Notes under the pieces: model-generated | Told to the model about the DNA's origin: nothing | Databases searched by the model: none | What the model saw: only the letters and a program-made list of their open reading frames with translations | Program-made: the position numbers and the translations under genes | Assembly: GCA_963667665.2 (NCBI GenBank) | Contig: OY763927.2 | Location: 160,001 to 224,000 of the forward strand | Direction: 5' to 3' | DNA: 64,000 nt | From: Nitrosopumilus sp. | GTDB taxonomy: Archaea > Thermoproteota > Nitrososphaeria > Nitrososphaerales > Nitrosopumilaceae | Part shown: piece by piece, positions 23,001 to 29,591 of the stretch | How the letters are laid out: each line of letters opens with the position of its first letter | Position numbering within the stretch: the first letter of the stretch is position 1

Positions 23001-25440
23001 CCTGCAGATACACGACAGGACTGCTCCCGATCCAGGAGTCCTGAACAGCTGGACACTTACCATCAATTACGGCACCACCACCACTGTCAGCCCCGTTACT
23101 GACATCTCAGGTTCAGGTGATGTGTACTATGTGACAGTCTCTGCCACGCAGGACGGCACATACAACCTTGATCTTGTCTCATCAGACCACAACATTGTCG
23201 ATGCTGCAAACAACTCGCTGACCAACACGGCTACCACCGGTGCAGACCAGACATACACCGTCAGTACCGCAGTTATAGACAACACCAACCCAAGACTTGC
23301 ATCAATTGAGCGGTACAATCCTGCAACCGAGAATACGGACAGCCAGACACTAGTCTACAAGGCAACCTTTAGCGAGGATGTCACGGGAGTAACTGTATCT
23401 GACTTTACCTTGTCTTCTGACAGTGCGGGGGGAGAAAGCACATCCACCTCAACTGGACAGTTCACACAGACAAGATCCCCCAATCTTACCATACCTGACC
23501 TTGCAACTGTATCTGATACCATCACAGTCCCTGATTCTGAAACTGCCACATCCGTCTCAGTTGAAGTAGACATTACGCATAACTACATCGGCGATCTCAA
23601 GATAGACATTATTGCCCCTGATGGCACTTCAATAACACTACACGACAATTCTGGCGGCAGCACCGACAACATAGACCAGCCGTACGCCCCGTTATTTGGA
23701 AGCATCCCCATCTCAGGTGTCTGGACCCTGCAGATACACGACAGGACTGCTCCCGATCCAGGAGTCCTGAACAGCTGGACACTTACCATCAATTACGGCA
23801 CCACCACCACTGTCAGCCCCGTTACTGACATCTCAGGTTCAGGTGATGTGTACTATGTGACAGTCTCTGCCACGCAGGACGGCACATACAACCTTGATCT
23901 TGTCTCATCAGACCACAACATTGTCGATGCTGCAAACAACTCGCTGACCAACACGGCTACCACCGGTGCAGACCAGACATACACCGTCAGTACCGCAGTT
24001 ATAGACAACACCAACCCAAGACTTGCATCAATTGAGCGGTACAATCCTGCAACCGAGAATACGGACAGCCAGACACTAGTCTACAAGGCAACCTTTAGCG
24101 AGGATGTCACGGGAGTAACTGCATCCGACTTTGTCCTGTCTCCTAGCAGTACGGGAAGAGTCAGCGGCACCACCCAAGTCACCGGCATCTCAGGCTCCGG
24201 CGACACGTACTACGTTACAGTCTCCTCATCTACTGACGGAACATACAACCTTGATCTTGTCTCATCAGACCACAACATTGTCGATGCTGCAAACAACTCG
24301 CTGACCAACACGGCTACTACCGGTGCAGACCAGACATACACCGTCAGTACCGCAGTTATAGACAACACCAACCCAAGACTTGCATCAATTGAGCGGTACA
24401 ATCCTGCAACCGAGAATACGGACAGCCAGACACTAGTCTACAAGGCAACCTTTAGCGAGGATGTCACGGGAGTAACTGTATCTGACTTTACCTTGTCTTC
24501 TGACAGTGCGGGGGGAGAAAGCACATCCACCTCAACTGGACAGTTCACACAGACAAGATCCCCCAATCTTACCATACCTGACCTTGCAACTGTATCTGAT
24601 ACCATCACAGTCCCTGATTCTGAAACTGCCACATCCGTCTCAGTTGAAGTAGACATTACGCATAACTACATCGGCGATCTCAAGATAGACATTATTGCCC
24701 CTGATGGCACTTCAATAACACTACACGACAATTCTGGCGGCAGCACCGACAACATAGACCAGCCGTACGCCCCGTTATTTGGAAGCATCCCCATCTCAGG
24801 TGTCTGGACCCTGCAGATACACGACAGGGATGCTCCCGATCCAGGAGTCCTGAACAGCTGGACACTTACCATCAATTACGGCACCACCACCACTGTCAGC
24901 CCCGTTACTGACATCTCAGGTTCAGGTGATGTGTACTATGTGACAGTCTCTGCCACGCAGGACGGCACATACAACCTTGATCTTGTCTCATCAGACCACA
25001 ACATTGTCGATGCTACAAACAACTCGCTGACCAACACGGCTACCACCGGTGCAGACCAGACATACACCGTCAGTACCGCAGTTATAGACAACACCAACCC
25101 AAGACTTGCATCAATTGAGCGGTACAGTCCTACATCCCAAAATACGAACAGCCAGTTCCTGATCTACAAGGCAACCTTTAGCGAGAACGTTACGGGAGTG
25201 ACTGAATCTGACTTTACTTTGTCACCTGGCAGCACGGGAGGGGAAAATAACGGCATCAGTCCGATCATCGGCATCACAGGTTCCGGCGACACATACTACG
25301 TGATAGTTTCCTCAACCGTTGACGGGACATACAACCTTGATCTTGTCTCATCAGACCACAACATTGCAGATGCTGCAAACAACTCGCTGACCAACACGGT
25401 TCCCATCACCGGAATTGATCAGACGTACACAAAGATCTAA
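8095..25440 (+). CDS. Giant (5781 aa) modular surface protein/adhesin: LVIVD-like propeller repeats, PKD, three BspA/DUF285 LRR blocks, 19 DUF5011-like Ig repeats, Ig-like repeats and 7 proprotein-convertase P-like domains
   Basis: Uninterrupted ORF; N-terminal hydrophobic segment; YAAVAA..DGVQILDVTDP repeats; WDVSSVTDMxxMF repeats; DTDAPVIIITG..GQYTVTYDCTD repeats; VDITHNYIGDLKIDIIAPDGT...GVWTLQIHD...GVLNSWTL P-domain. Confidence 0.9.
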   Translation: MNRHLYPQIRTIHVLSVIVVFAISAGILLAAQSGCIGATLAGTDGSYNTPDTGLSEHAPVQAVTAWEGMSNLSVACQIADTFADMLFTGVLDVAYAVHAVLSLTAVDNITDDDISLVLNGASDITTFKLGNHTYAAVAAYANLGVQILNVTDPSNITAAGSIIDMGEETADLELRGARGITTFESGGHTYAAVAAYSSDGVQILNITNPSIITAAGNTADIGTNTDDLELNGARGIATFVSGGHTYAAVAAHLDDGVQILNITDPLHITAAGNITDTDTLELEGASGIATFESGGHTYVAVAAYLDNGVQILDVTDPLHIIPAGNITKIGSNTDDLELNGAYGITTFVSGGHTYAAVAAFLDDGVQILNITDPLHITPAGSIDTSTLKLNGAQDITTFTSGDHTYVAVAANRDNGVQILDVTDPLHIVPAGNIADIGNNNDDLELNRAQGITTFESGGHIYAAVAAFEDDGVQIIRIDIPPDTTSPADAFVTTWRTTSADESITLPLVGTDITINWGDGSTTAGVSTPVDHTYNTAGDYTVQITGGLTWFHLNNAADASKLVSLDQWGTASWASMENAFSGASNMVYNAGDAPDLSGVTDMSNMFDSAAAFDGDLSSWDVSSVTDMNSMFSGASVFNQPLNDWVVSSVTDMSGMFYEASDFNQPLNDWNVSSVTDMSNMFRSASDFNQPLNDWNVSSVTDMSGMFFRASSFNQLLNDWNVSSVTDMHNMFAVARSFNQPLNDWDVSSVASMSNMFHIASDFNQPLNSWNVSRVTNMDDMFNFATAFSQNLGNWYVVANATSIARADVPRVVAEISAQNDHLNGHKPTYGISRDSDYAFFEIVNGNKINMTSVGTKSSYRVNVTASGSNVFEDGNNWRLLEIKVTDQTTDTTPPVIKLEGSSLVTITVDETYTEQGAVCDDDVDADKPATVGGDTVDTSTVGQYTVTYDCTDSSNNEATQVSRTVNVQSAPDTDAPVIIITGSANIQLTVVETYTEQGAVCDDDVDADKPATVGGDTVDTSTVGQYTVTYDCTDSSNNEATQVSRTVNVQSAPDTDAPVIIITGSANIQLTVVETYTEQGAVCDDDVDADKPATVGGDTVDTSTVGQYTVTYDCTDSSNNEATQVSRTVNVQSAPDTDAPVIIITGSANIQLTVDETYTEQGAVCDDDVDADKPATVGGDTVDTSTVGQYTVTYDCTDSSNNEATQVSRTVNVQSAPDTDAPVIIITGSANIQLTVDETYTEQGAVCDDDVDADKPATVGGDTADTSTVGQYTVTYDCTDSSNNEATQVSRTVNVQSAPDTDAPVIIITGSANIQLTVDETYTEQGAVCDDDVDADKPATVGGDTADTSTVGQYTVTYDCTDSSNNEATQVSRTVTVIETGAPFITTWTATDSDKSITLPMKGMYSILWGDGSNSTNVSDSQSHTYSTAGTYTVTVLGDGLEYIRLHGDTANALQLKSIDQWGDTRWTTMHEAFYGARNMVYNATDTPDLSLVTDTSYMFDSATAFDGDLSSWDVSAVTNMNRMFFGASSFNQTISSWDVSAVTDMHRMFYEASDFNQPLNDWDVSSVSEMGSMFYQAADFNQPLNAWDVSSVTDMSDMFDFATSFNQPLNSWDVSKVTNMFGMFSSASSFNQTLNSWDVSSVTDMSYMFFGASSFDQPLNNWNVSSVTDMTSMFEGATSFNQPLNRWNVSSVIGVGMIFMFHNADDFDQNLGNWYVVANATSIARADVPRVVAEISAQNDHLNGHNLTYGIGRDNDYAFFEIVNDNKINMTSVGTKSSYRVNVTASGSNVFESGNNWRLLEIKVTDQTTDTTPPVIKLEGSSLVTITVDETYTEQGAVCDDDVDADKPATVGGDTVDTSTVGQYTVTYDCTDSSNNEATQVSRTVNVQSAPDTDAPVIIITGLTNIQLTVDETYTEQGAVCDDDVDADKPATVGGDTVDTSTVGQYTVTYDCTDSSNNEATQVSRTVNVQSAPDTDAPVIIITGSANIQLTVVETYTEQGAVCDDDVDADKPATVGGDTVDTSTVGQYTVTYDCTDSSNNEATQVSRTVNVQSAPDTDAPVIIITGLTNIQLTVDETYTEQGAVCDDDVDADKPATVGGDTVDTSTVGQYTVTYDCTDSSNNEATQVSRTVNVQSAPDTDAPVIIITGLTNIQLTVVETYTEQGAVCDDDVDADKPATVGGDTVDTSTVGQYTVTYDCTDSSNNEATQVSRTVNVQSAPDTDAPVIIITGSANIQLTVDETYTEQGAVCDDDVDADKPATVGGDTVDTSTVGQYTVTYDCTDSSNNEATQVSRTVNVQSAPDTDAPVIIITGLTNIQLTVVETYTEQGAVCDDDVDADKPATVGGDTVDTSTVGQYTVTYDCTDSSNNEATQVSRTVNVQSAPDTDAPVIIITGSANIQLTVDETYTEQGAVCDDDVDADKPATVGGDTVDTSTVGQYTVTYDCTDSSNNEATQVSRTVNVQSAPDTDAPVIIITGSANIQLTVDETYTEQGAVCDDDVDADKPATVGGDTVDTSTVGQYTVTYDCTDSSNNEATQVSRTVNVQSAPDTDAPVIIITGLTNIQLTVVETYTEQGAVCDDDVDADKPATVGGDTVDTSTVGQYTVTYDCTDSSNNEATQVSRTVNVQSAPDTDAPVIIITGSANIQLTVDETYTEQGAVCDDDVDADKPATVGGDTVDTSTVGQYTVTYDCTDSSNNEATQVSRTVNVQSAPDTDAPVIIITGSANIQLTVDETYTEQGAVCDDDVDADKPATVGGDTVDTSTVGQYTVTYDCTDSSNNEATQVSRTVNVQSAPDTDAPVIIITGLTNIQLTVVETYTEQGAVCDDDVDADKPATVGGDTVDTSTVGQYTVTYDCTDSSNNEATQVSRTVIVQTAVTPRITLSADAFITTWRTDSANQTITIPVGGSTARYSIDWGDNSPAETDITGDSTHTYREADSYTVSISGGLERFYLDGQQPNAGRLASIEQWGDTKWTTMNGAFDGAANMVYRATDAPNLSGVINMSGMFGGASSFNGDLSSWDVSSVTDMSDMFFEASSFNGDLSSWDVSAVTNMSSMFDNAYDFNGNLSSWDVSAVTDMSNMFFYAISFNQPHNDWDVSSVTDMSRMFAGAISFDRPLNSWNVSAVNDMRGMFQTASSFNQPLNSWNVSAVTNMKRMFNSASSFNGNLGNWYITLDNASVTGILQAVGNITPQNEFLATHEPTYGIGSSSDSEHFGINGAALVLMTIPDANPAIVNITSTGDFGTSNSRIFEITILPGVADTTNPRLASIERSSPTSQNTDSQSLIYEVTFSESVTGVTSSDFILSLVGSNAGIGSITGISGSGSVYYVTVSAAQDGTYNLDLVSSGHGIRDAANNLLNNTTPTTGTDETYTVSTAVIDNTNPRLASIERYNPATENTDNQTLVYKATFSEDVTGVTASDFVLSPSSTGRVSGTTQVTGISGSGDTYYVTVSSSTDGTYNLDLVSSDHNIVDAANNSLTNTATTGADQTYTVSTAVIDNTNPRLASIERYNPATENTDSQTLVYKATFSEDVTGVTVSDFTLSSDSAGGESTSTSTGQFTQTRSPNLTIPDLATVSDTITVPDSETATSVSVEVDITHNYIGDLKIDIIAPDGTSITLHDNSGGSTDNIDQPYAPLFGSIPISGVWTLQIHDRTAPDPGVLNSWTLTINYGTTTTVSSVTDISGSGDVYYVTVSATQDGTYNLDLVSSDHNIVDAANNSLTNTATTGADQTYTVSTAVIDNTNPRLASIERYNPATENTDNQTLVYKATFSEDVTGVTASDFVLSPSSTGRVSGTTQVTGISGSGDTYYVTVSSSTDGTYNLDLVSSDHNIVDAANNSLTNTATTGADQTYTVSTAVIDNTNPRLASIERYNPATENTDSQTLVYKATFSEDVTGVTVSDFTLSSDSAGGESTSTSTGQFTQTRSPNLTIPDLATVSDTITVPDSETATSVSVEVDITHNYIGDLKIDIIAPDGTSITLHDNSGGSTDNIDQPYAPLFGSIPISGVWTLQIHDRTAPDPGVLNSWTLTINYGTTTTVSPVTDISGSGDVYYVTVSATQDGTYNLDLVSSDHNIVDAANNSLTNTATTGADQTYTVSTAVIDNTNPRLASIERYNPATENTDNQTLVYKATFSEDVTGVTASDFVLSPSSTGRVSGTTQVTGISGSGDTYYVTVSSSTDGTYNLDLVSSDHNIVDAANNSLTNTATTGADQTYTVSTAVIDNTNPRLASIERYNPATENTDSQTLVYKATFSEDVTGVTVSDFTLSSDSAGGESTSTSTGQFTQTRSPNLTIPDLATVSDTITVPDSETATSVSVEVDITHNYIGDLKIDIIAPDGTSITLHDNSGGSTDNIDQPYAPLFGSIPISGVWTLQIHDRTAPDPGVLNSWTLTINYGTTTTVSPVTDISGSGDVYYVTVSATQDGTYNLDLVSSDHNIVDAANNSLTNTATTGADQTYTVSTAVIDNTNPRLASIERYNPATENTDSQTLVYKATFSEDVTGVTASDFVLSPSSTGRVSGTTQVTGISGSGDTYYVTVSSSTDGTYNLDLVSSDHNIVDAANNSLTNTATTGADQTYTVSTAVIDNTNPRLASIERYNPATENTDSQTLVYKATFSEDVTGVTVSDFTLSSDSAGGESTSTSTGQFTQTRSPNLTIPDLATVSDTITVPDSETATSVSVEVDITHNYIGDLKIDIIAPDGTSITLHDNSGGSTDNIDQPYAPLFGSIPISGVWTLQIHDRTAPDPGVLNSWTLTINYGTTTTVSPVTDISGSGDVYYVTVSATQDGTYNLDLVSSDHNIVDAANNSLTNTATTGADQTYTVSTAVIDNTNPRLASIERYNPATENTDSQTLVYKATFSEDVTGVTVSDFTLSSDSAGGESTSTSTGQFTQTRSPNLTIPDLATVSDTITVPDSETATSVSVEVDITHNYIGDLKIDIIAPDGTSITLHDNSGGSTDNIDQPYAPLFGSIPISGVWTLQIHDRTAPDPGVLNSWTLTINYGTTTTVSPVTDISGSGDVYYVTVSATQDGTYNLDLVSSDHNIVDAANNSLTNTATTGADQTYTVSTAVIDNTNPRLASIERYNPATENTDSQTLVYKATFSEDVTGVTVSDFTLSSDSAGGESTSTSTGQFTQTRSPNLTIPDLATVSDTITVPDSETATSVSVEVDITHNYIGDLKIDIIAPDGTSITLHDNSGGSTDNIDQPYAPLFGSIPISGVWTLQIHDRTAPDPGVLNSWTLTINYGTTTTVSPVTDISGSGDVYYVTVSATQDGTYNLDLVSSDHNIVDAANNSLTNTATTGADQTYTVSTAVIDNTNPRLASIERYNPATENTDSQTLVYKATFSEDVTGVTASDFVLSPSSTGRVSGTTQVTGISGSGDTYYVTVSSSTDGTYNLDLVSSDHNIVDAANNSLTNTATTGADQTYTVSTAVIDNTNPRLASIERYNPATENTDSQTLVYKATFSEDVTGVTVSDFTLSSDSAGGESTSTSTGQFTQTRSPNLTIPDLATVSDTITVPDSETATSVSVEVDITHNYIGDLKIDIIAPDGTSITLHDNSGGSTDNIDQPYAPLFGSIPISGVWTLQIHDRDAPDPGVLNSWTLTINYGTTTTVSPVTDISGSGDVYYVTVSATQDGTYNLDLVSSDHNIVDATNNSLTNTATTGADQTYTVSTAVIDNTNPRLASIERYSPTSQNTNSQFLIYKATFSENVTGVTESDFTLSPGSTGGENNGISPIIGITGSGDTYYVIVSSTVDGTYNLDLVSSDHNIADAANNSLTNTVPITGIDQTYTKI
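8420..9520 (+). repeat. About six degenerate beta-propeller (LVIVD-like) repeats
   Basis: Recurrent GGHTYAAVAA...DGVQIL(N/D)(I/V)TDP, 55-60 aa period. Confidence 0.7.
9880..10470 (+). repeat. 75-bp BspA/DUF285 LRR repeat block 1
   Basis: GTCACCGACATG...ATGTTC...TTCAACCAGCCCCTCAAC..TGG units at 25-aa period. Confidence 0.85.
10760..12225 (+). repeat. Tandem array of 6 near-identical 246-bp (82 aa) Ig-like units
   Basis: Antisense shadow ORFs recur at 10808, 11054, 11300, 11546 and 11792 (246-bp spacing), plus a last unit. Confidence 0.92.
12560..13230 (+). repeat. 75-bp BspA/DUF285 LRR repeat block 2
   Basis: Same 25-aa consensus as block 1. Confidence 0.85.
13520..16710 (+). repeat. Tandem array of 13 near-identical 246-bp Ig-like units
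   Basis: Shadow ORFs from 13571 to 16523 every 246 bp. Confidence 0.92.
17080..17600 (+). repeat. 75-bp BspA/DUF285 LRR repeat block 3
   Basis: Same 25-aa consensus as blocks 1 and 2. Confidence 0.85.
17865..25437 (+). repeat. Array of 357-bp (A, Ig-like) and 726-bp (B, Ig-like with inserted P-domain) units; core order ABABABABBBAB plus divergent first and last units
   Basis: P-domain copies marked at 18654, 19737, 20820, 21903, 22629, 23355 and 24438 (spacings 1083 x3, 726 x2, 1083). Confidence 0.88.
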
Positions 25441-25500
25441 AACCTTGTATAATCGCCTAATATTTTTAACCCCACACGTCCTGTAAGGGGTTATCTATGT

Positions 25501-25720
25501 CAGAAGTTGAAAATGTGCTCCGTAAATGGATTTTTTGCTCATAATCTCATAATCTAATTGATATTATTTTTTGATATACGATGCTAAATGTTCAAAACTT
25601 AACCAGTTAACATGTCAAACCAGAAAAACGAACAAGGTTTCCGGGACATCGTTACGAAAGAAGAATTCAAGGTCTTGTATGACGCGTTGGAATATGTAAA
25701 TATACCATTTTCAACAGACA
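25501..25720 (+). mobile_element. Left-end remnant of an ISH3/IS4-like element related to the one at 36217-37562
   Basis: CAGAAGTTGAAAATGTGC matches the terminal repeat at 36216; MSNQKNEQGFRDIVTKEEFKVLYDAL is homologous to MSGQKNEWSFQDNATKKEFKILYDAL. Confidence 0.75.
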
Positions 25721-25769
25721 GTTTTTTAATCACTGTCAGACTGTCAATACCGCTTCCTTTCTAGAACAT

Positions 25770-26162
25770 ATGGACAAGGTGTACAGGGAGGTAGGCAAGA
25801 TGGTCCTGATACTAGACAAGGCACCGTGGCATATATCCAAGGAGACGAAAAGATTCTTTGCAGAGCGCGACATTATTGTCCTGTGGTATCCTATCGGACA
25901 TCCATATCTGAATCCCGTAGAGGAAGTATGGAGCGTACTCAAACGTGTAATGAATCATTCCATACGTTATGCAGACAAGGATGCACATCTGGCAGCAGTG
26001 TATGAATTTATCAGGGTACACAAGTTTGATTATAATTTTAAGAAATTCTGGAAGAGAAAACCGCCCAAAGGAATCATGCGGCCATTCATAAAGATGGATG
26101 ATCCGCCAAATCCCGACATTGTATCACACCAGGTATCGTCTAAACCTGCACAAAAACAATGA
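25770..26162 (+). pseudogene. IS630-family transposase, C-terminal fragment
   Basis: VLILDKAPWH ... PYLNPVEEVWSVLKR DDE motifs; N-terminus missing. Confidence 0.85.
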
Positions 26163-26336
26163 TTGTACGAATAGTTTGATCTTCTGTATGTATCATGTTG
26201 GTGCCTGCATTTTTTTCCAATGTGATATGTATAGTCATACATGAATCTGAATTTTAATTTTCCATGCATTTTGTTTTGTGCTTTTGGCATATTCCCCAGA
26301 CAAGAGGCATTATGCCTATGATGGTCCTAAAATATC

Positions 26337-27056
26337 ATGTACAGAAACTTATGCACGTTGCTATACATGTTGCTAAACGCCGCAGATTATGGAGCACCAC
26401 AAATTAGAAAGCGCGCATTTATTGTCGGATCAAAGAGCGAAATTCCAATTGAACCCCCCGTACAAACACACGGATCAAAGGAAGATTTGAAAAAGAACCC
26501 TGCACTTTTGCGACACCTGAAACTGATTGAGGCAATAGATGACCTCCCAACAATTAGAACTGGAAACATTACATCAAACACTGATGATTACCTCCCAAAA
26601 TCAAACCCATTTCAGGTTGAAATGAGGAAAAAATCGGCCAAAGTCAAGGATCACATAGTAACAAAAAATTCTTCTCTTGTGATTGAGAGGATAAAGGCTG
26701 TTCCACCAGGAGGCAACTGGGAAGACATACCACGAAAGCTTATGCAAGTTGATGGAAAGTATAGCAGGATTGAAAAGGCTCACAGTATGATATACAAAAG
26801 ACTCCGCAAAAATGAGCCAGCAATTACAATTACAAACTTTAGGAAAGGAATGATGATTCATCCAACGCAGAACAGGTTGTTTTCTGTTAGGGAAGCTGCA
26901 AGAATTCAAACGTTTCCTGATGATTATGTCTTCAAAGGAGGACTAAGTTCAAAACAACAGCAAGTAGCTGATGCAGTGCCAGTAATGCTTGCAAAAAAAG
27001 TATCCGAATCTGTCTTGAAACACCTCCATCAGGTAATCAAAATAGCATCTGTTTAG
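26337..27056 (+). pseudogene. C5-cytosine DNA methyltransferase, 5'-truncated
   Basis: Motifs VIII (LNAADYGAPQIRKRAFIVG), IX (RLFSVREAARIQTFPD) and X (QVADAVP) present; FxGxGG, PC and ENV absent. Confidence 0.88.
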
Positions 27057-27063
27057 ATAAAAA

Positions 27064-27357
27064 ATGACTGACATCTTTTCAAAAGAAAAAAAAAGTATTG
27101 TGTTTAAGGATAGTGTATGTTGTATTTGTAATGAACATAAGAAATTTCTTGCACGAATTAATGCTGGAAAAAAACTCTATTGCATGCAATGTGAGGCAAA
27201 AATTACTAAAGAATATGGTACAAATTATTGGAAATCATGTTCTTTTGAAGAATTTCTAGAAAGTGCATCAGATTCTCATGGGGAAAAAAGAAGTTGGAGA
27301 ACATCAAATATGTTTTCAAACATAAGAAAAACGTTACAACAATCAGATGAAGAATAA
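27064..27357 (+). CDS. Small ORF: Vsr-like first residues joined to a Cys-rich segment
   Basis: MTDIFSKEKKS resembles Vsr N-termini and lies directly after the dcm-like gene; the rest has CxxC pairs and no Vsr core. Confidence 0.4.
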   Translation: MTDIFSKEKKSIVFKDSVCCICNEHKKFLARINAGKKLYCMQCEAKITKEYGTNYWKSCSFEEFLESASDSHGEKRSWRTSNMFSNIRKTLQQSDEE

Positions 27358-27369
27358 GATGCATGAAGG

Positions 27370-27442
27370 TAGCCCGGGCCAGACTCGAACTGGCGTCACG
27401 GGCTTCAAAGGCCCATATGCTTGACCTCTACACTACCGGGCT
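27370..27442 (-). tRNA. tRNA-Gln(TTG)
   Basis: Reverse complement AGCCCGGTAGTGTAGAGGTCAAGCATA-TGGGC-CTTTGAA-GCCCG-TGACGCCAGTTCGAGTCTGGCCCGGGCTA. Confidence 0.92.
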
Positions 27443-27545
27443 GCAAAATCAGAATTTTTACAATTCTGAACCATGACATCTGTCTTTGTTAGATAAATCA
27501 GATAACATGAGTTTTCTGCAAGAATTACGAACTTAAGCGTATTGA

Positions 27546-27752
27546 TTATTTTCTAACTTTTCTATAAGCTGCAGTTCTACAATTGTTGTTGGCGCAAGCC
27601 GAAGGTAAATTAATTCCACCATCACCGTTAATTCTGGGATACCACTCAGTTCCACAGTTTGTGCATTTTAGCGGTTCTAATGTTACATGGTGCCCTTTTG
27701 ATTGTGTCCATTTAATCCATTTTGGTAATGGAGTTAGTTCTTTTTTAACCAA
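27546..27752 (-). CDS. Small zinc-ribbon protein
   Basis: CTNC...WYPR...PSACANNNC. Confidence 0.55.
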   Translation of the reverse strand: MVKKELTPLPKWIKWTQSKGHHVTLEPLKCTNCGTEWYPRINGDGGINLPSACANNNCRTAAYRKVRK

Positions 27753-27761
27753 TATTTGCCT

Positions 27762-28807
27762 CTAGTTAGAATCTGCCATTTTACGTCTAGTGCCCCATGC
27801 TTTATGAGCAGCTTCACTTTGCCTTTCTTTTTCACTGGTAGAATAACTTAGGGTTACATCATAAGCATGTTTTAGGCATTGAAAGATCAAATCTATATTT
27901 TCTGGAACGATGTGAATTCTTCTTTCAGAATTTTTTAAAAAAAACCATCCTTTGATTATTCTAATTCTTTCATCATCAATATCAAATTTTTCAGGATCAA
28001 TTCTAAACGAAATTCTTGCAGTATCTTTTTCACAAATCACTACTGCAAACATACTGCCTCGTTTTTCTCCCTTCATGATGTGCAAATAGTACCATCTGTT
28101 GTGAGGCTCCCCCTTGCAATCAAAAGTTTGCTCAATTTTTGAAATTAAATCTGTGACATTTTTTTTATTTTCAGGTGATGCACGTTCTAATTTTTCCTTC
28201 CAACCAATTTTTTCAGTTTTAGTATCATCGCCTAATTCTTGATAAATTGTTTCTTCTTTGCCAACAACCATTTTAGTAGATACTAATTTTTGACCATCTC
28301 TTTGGTAGAAGTTAAGTTCAACACATTTGATGTCAATACCTCGTACACGTAGATATCTACAAATATCTTCTATTTTTTCATCAATTTTTTCAGCTACAAT
28401 GTACAGTCGTTGGTTTTGGTTAAATGGTTCAGGAATTTCCTTGTAATCTGTTTCATATTTTTTGTATAAATCTGTAAAACCTGAAATATGTTTTTCTTTT
28501 GCAATTCGATTTAGATCTTCATATCGAATATCTTCTGCCCATACACCATATTCTAAAATTTGAGAAACAACTTCACGTGATGAAACTCCTTTTTTAGTTC
28601 AATGATTACAACGTTTCCATCTCTATCTAAGCCCATCAAATCTATTCTGGTTTTTGTTGCAGTAGGAACTTGTCTGCCAATTATGAAAATATCTTTATCT
28701 AAAATTTTGGGGTGTTTCTCAAGAAATTCTTCAATTTCGAATTCTTTATCAACTGTTTTCTTTTCATATTCGACTACTTTGTCATTTTCAATTAGATGTA
28801 TTCCCAA
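27762..28807 (-). pseudogene. NucS/DUF91-like PD-(D/E)xK endonuclease with C-terminal DUF5655-like domain, frameshifted
   Basis: E..IEEFL...IIGRQV..RIDLMGLD..VVIIELK; one extra A in the A6 run near 28590 gives KKGVSSREVVSQILEYGVW, which reads open into ORF 27762-28271. Confidence 0.8.
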
Positions 28808-28857
28808 TGATAATTAATGAAACGAGTATCTAAAAAAGTAAGATCTGGGTCTCTTTT

Positions 28858-29330
28858 GTGATTTCTAGGATCCAACTTTTTAGTATGAACTTACGAACAG
28901 TTTCAGTGACTAGTCTTACTTTCTATGGAGGAGTAAATGAGATTGGAGGCAACAAAATCCTACTCCAAGACAAAGATACCAAGGTTTTTCTTGATTTTGG
29001 AATGAGTTTTGGCAAACGTGGGGATTATTTTGATACGTTCATGGGTCCAAGAACTGCCACTGGATTACGTGATTTTATAGAAACTGGGTTGATTCCTGAC
29101 TTGGATAGAGTTTATCGTAGTGATTTAATGGAGATGATGGGAAAAAGAGAAACAGATACTGACATTGATGCAGTACTGTTAACTCATGCACATGCAGATC
29201 ATGCTGACTACATTTCATTTTTGCACGAAGATATTCCAATCTACATGGGAGACACCTGTAAACTAATACTGGAAGCTATACGTGAACGTGGACAAAGAAG
29301 TTTTGAAAAAGAAATTCTAGCATACACATC
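28858..29330 (+). pseudogene. MBL-fold (RNase J/beta-CASP-like) hydrolase, N-terminal fragment
   Basis: FYGGVNEIGGN, LDFG, THAHADH; truncated by a transposase remnant. Confidence 0.8.
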
Positions 29331-29588
29331 AAAGATATTCACTTTAAACATCAATTATCTAACAACAATATTCAAGAACGTCTTAATGGTGAATTTAGAG
29401 ACAGAGAAAAAACCTTTAGAGGTTTGAAAAAGGATGATTCGCCAGCCATTACAGGAATGAAACTATACCACAATTACATCAGACTTCACATGAGTTTAGA
29501 TGGTGATACACCAGCTAAGAGAGCAGGAATTGAGATAAAGGGAGATAACAAGTGGATTACTATCATTCAGAATGCTAGTGAAAAATAA
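29326..29588 (+). pseudogene. DDE (IS6-like) transposase C-terminal remnant
   Basis: Manual translation NNNIQERLNGEFRDREKTFRGLK...YHNYIRLHMSLDGDTPAKRAGIEIKGDNKWITIIQNA*. Confidence 0.75.
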
Positions 29589-29591
29589 AAT

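Noticed and set aside
8300-24900. Dozens of repeated 60-300 aa antisense and alternate-frame ORFs
   Set aside because: They are shadows of the repetitive giant CDS and recur exactly at its repeat periods
9880-25437. Possible CRISPR array
   Set aside because: Repeats are in-frame coding units of 75, 246, 357 and 726 bp with no unique spacers; no cas genes
6600-27442. att direct repeat of the tRNA-Gln or tRNA-Thr 3' end bounding the island
   Set aside because: No duplicate found by eye near 6.7 kb or 39 kb, so island borders rest on composition and gene content only
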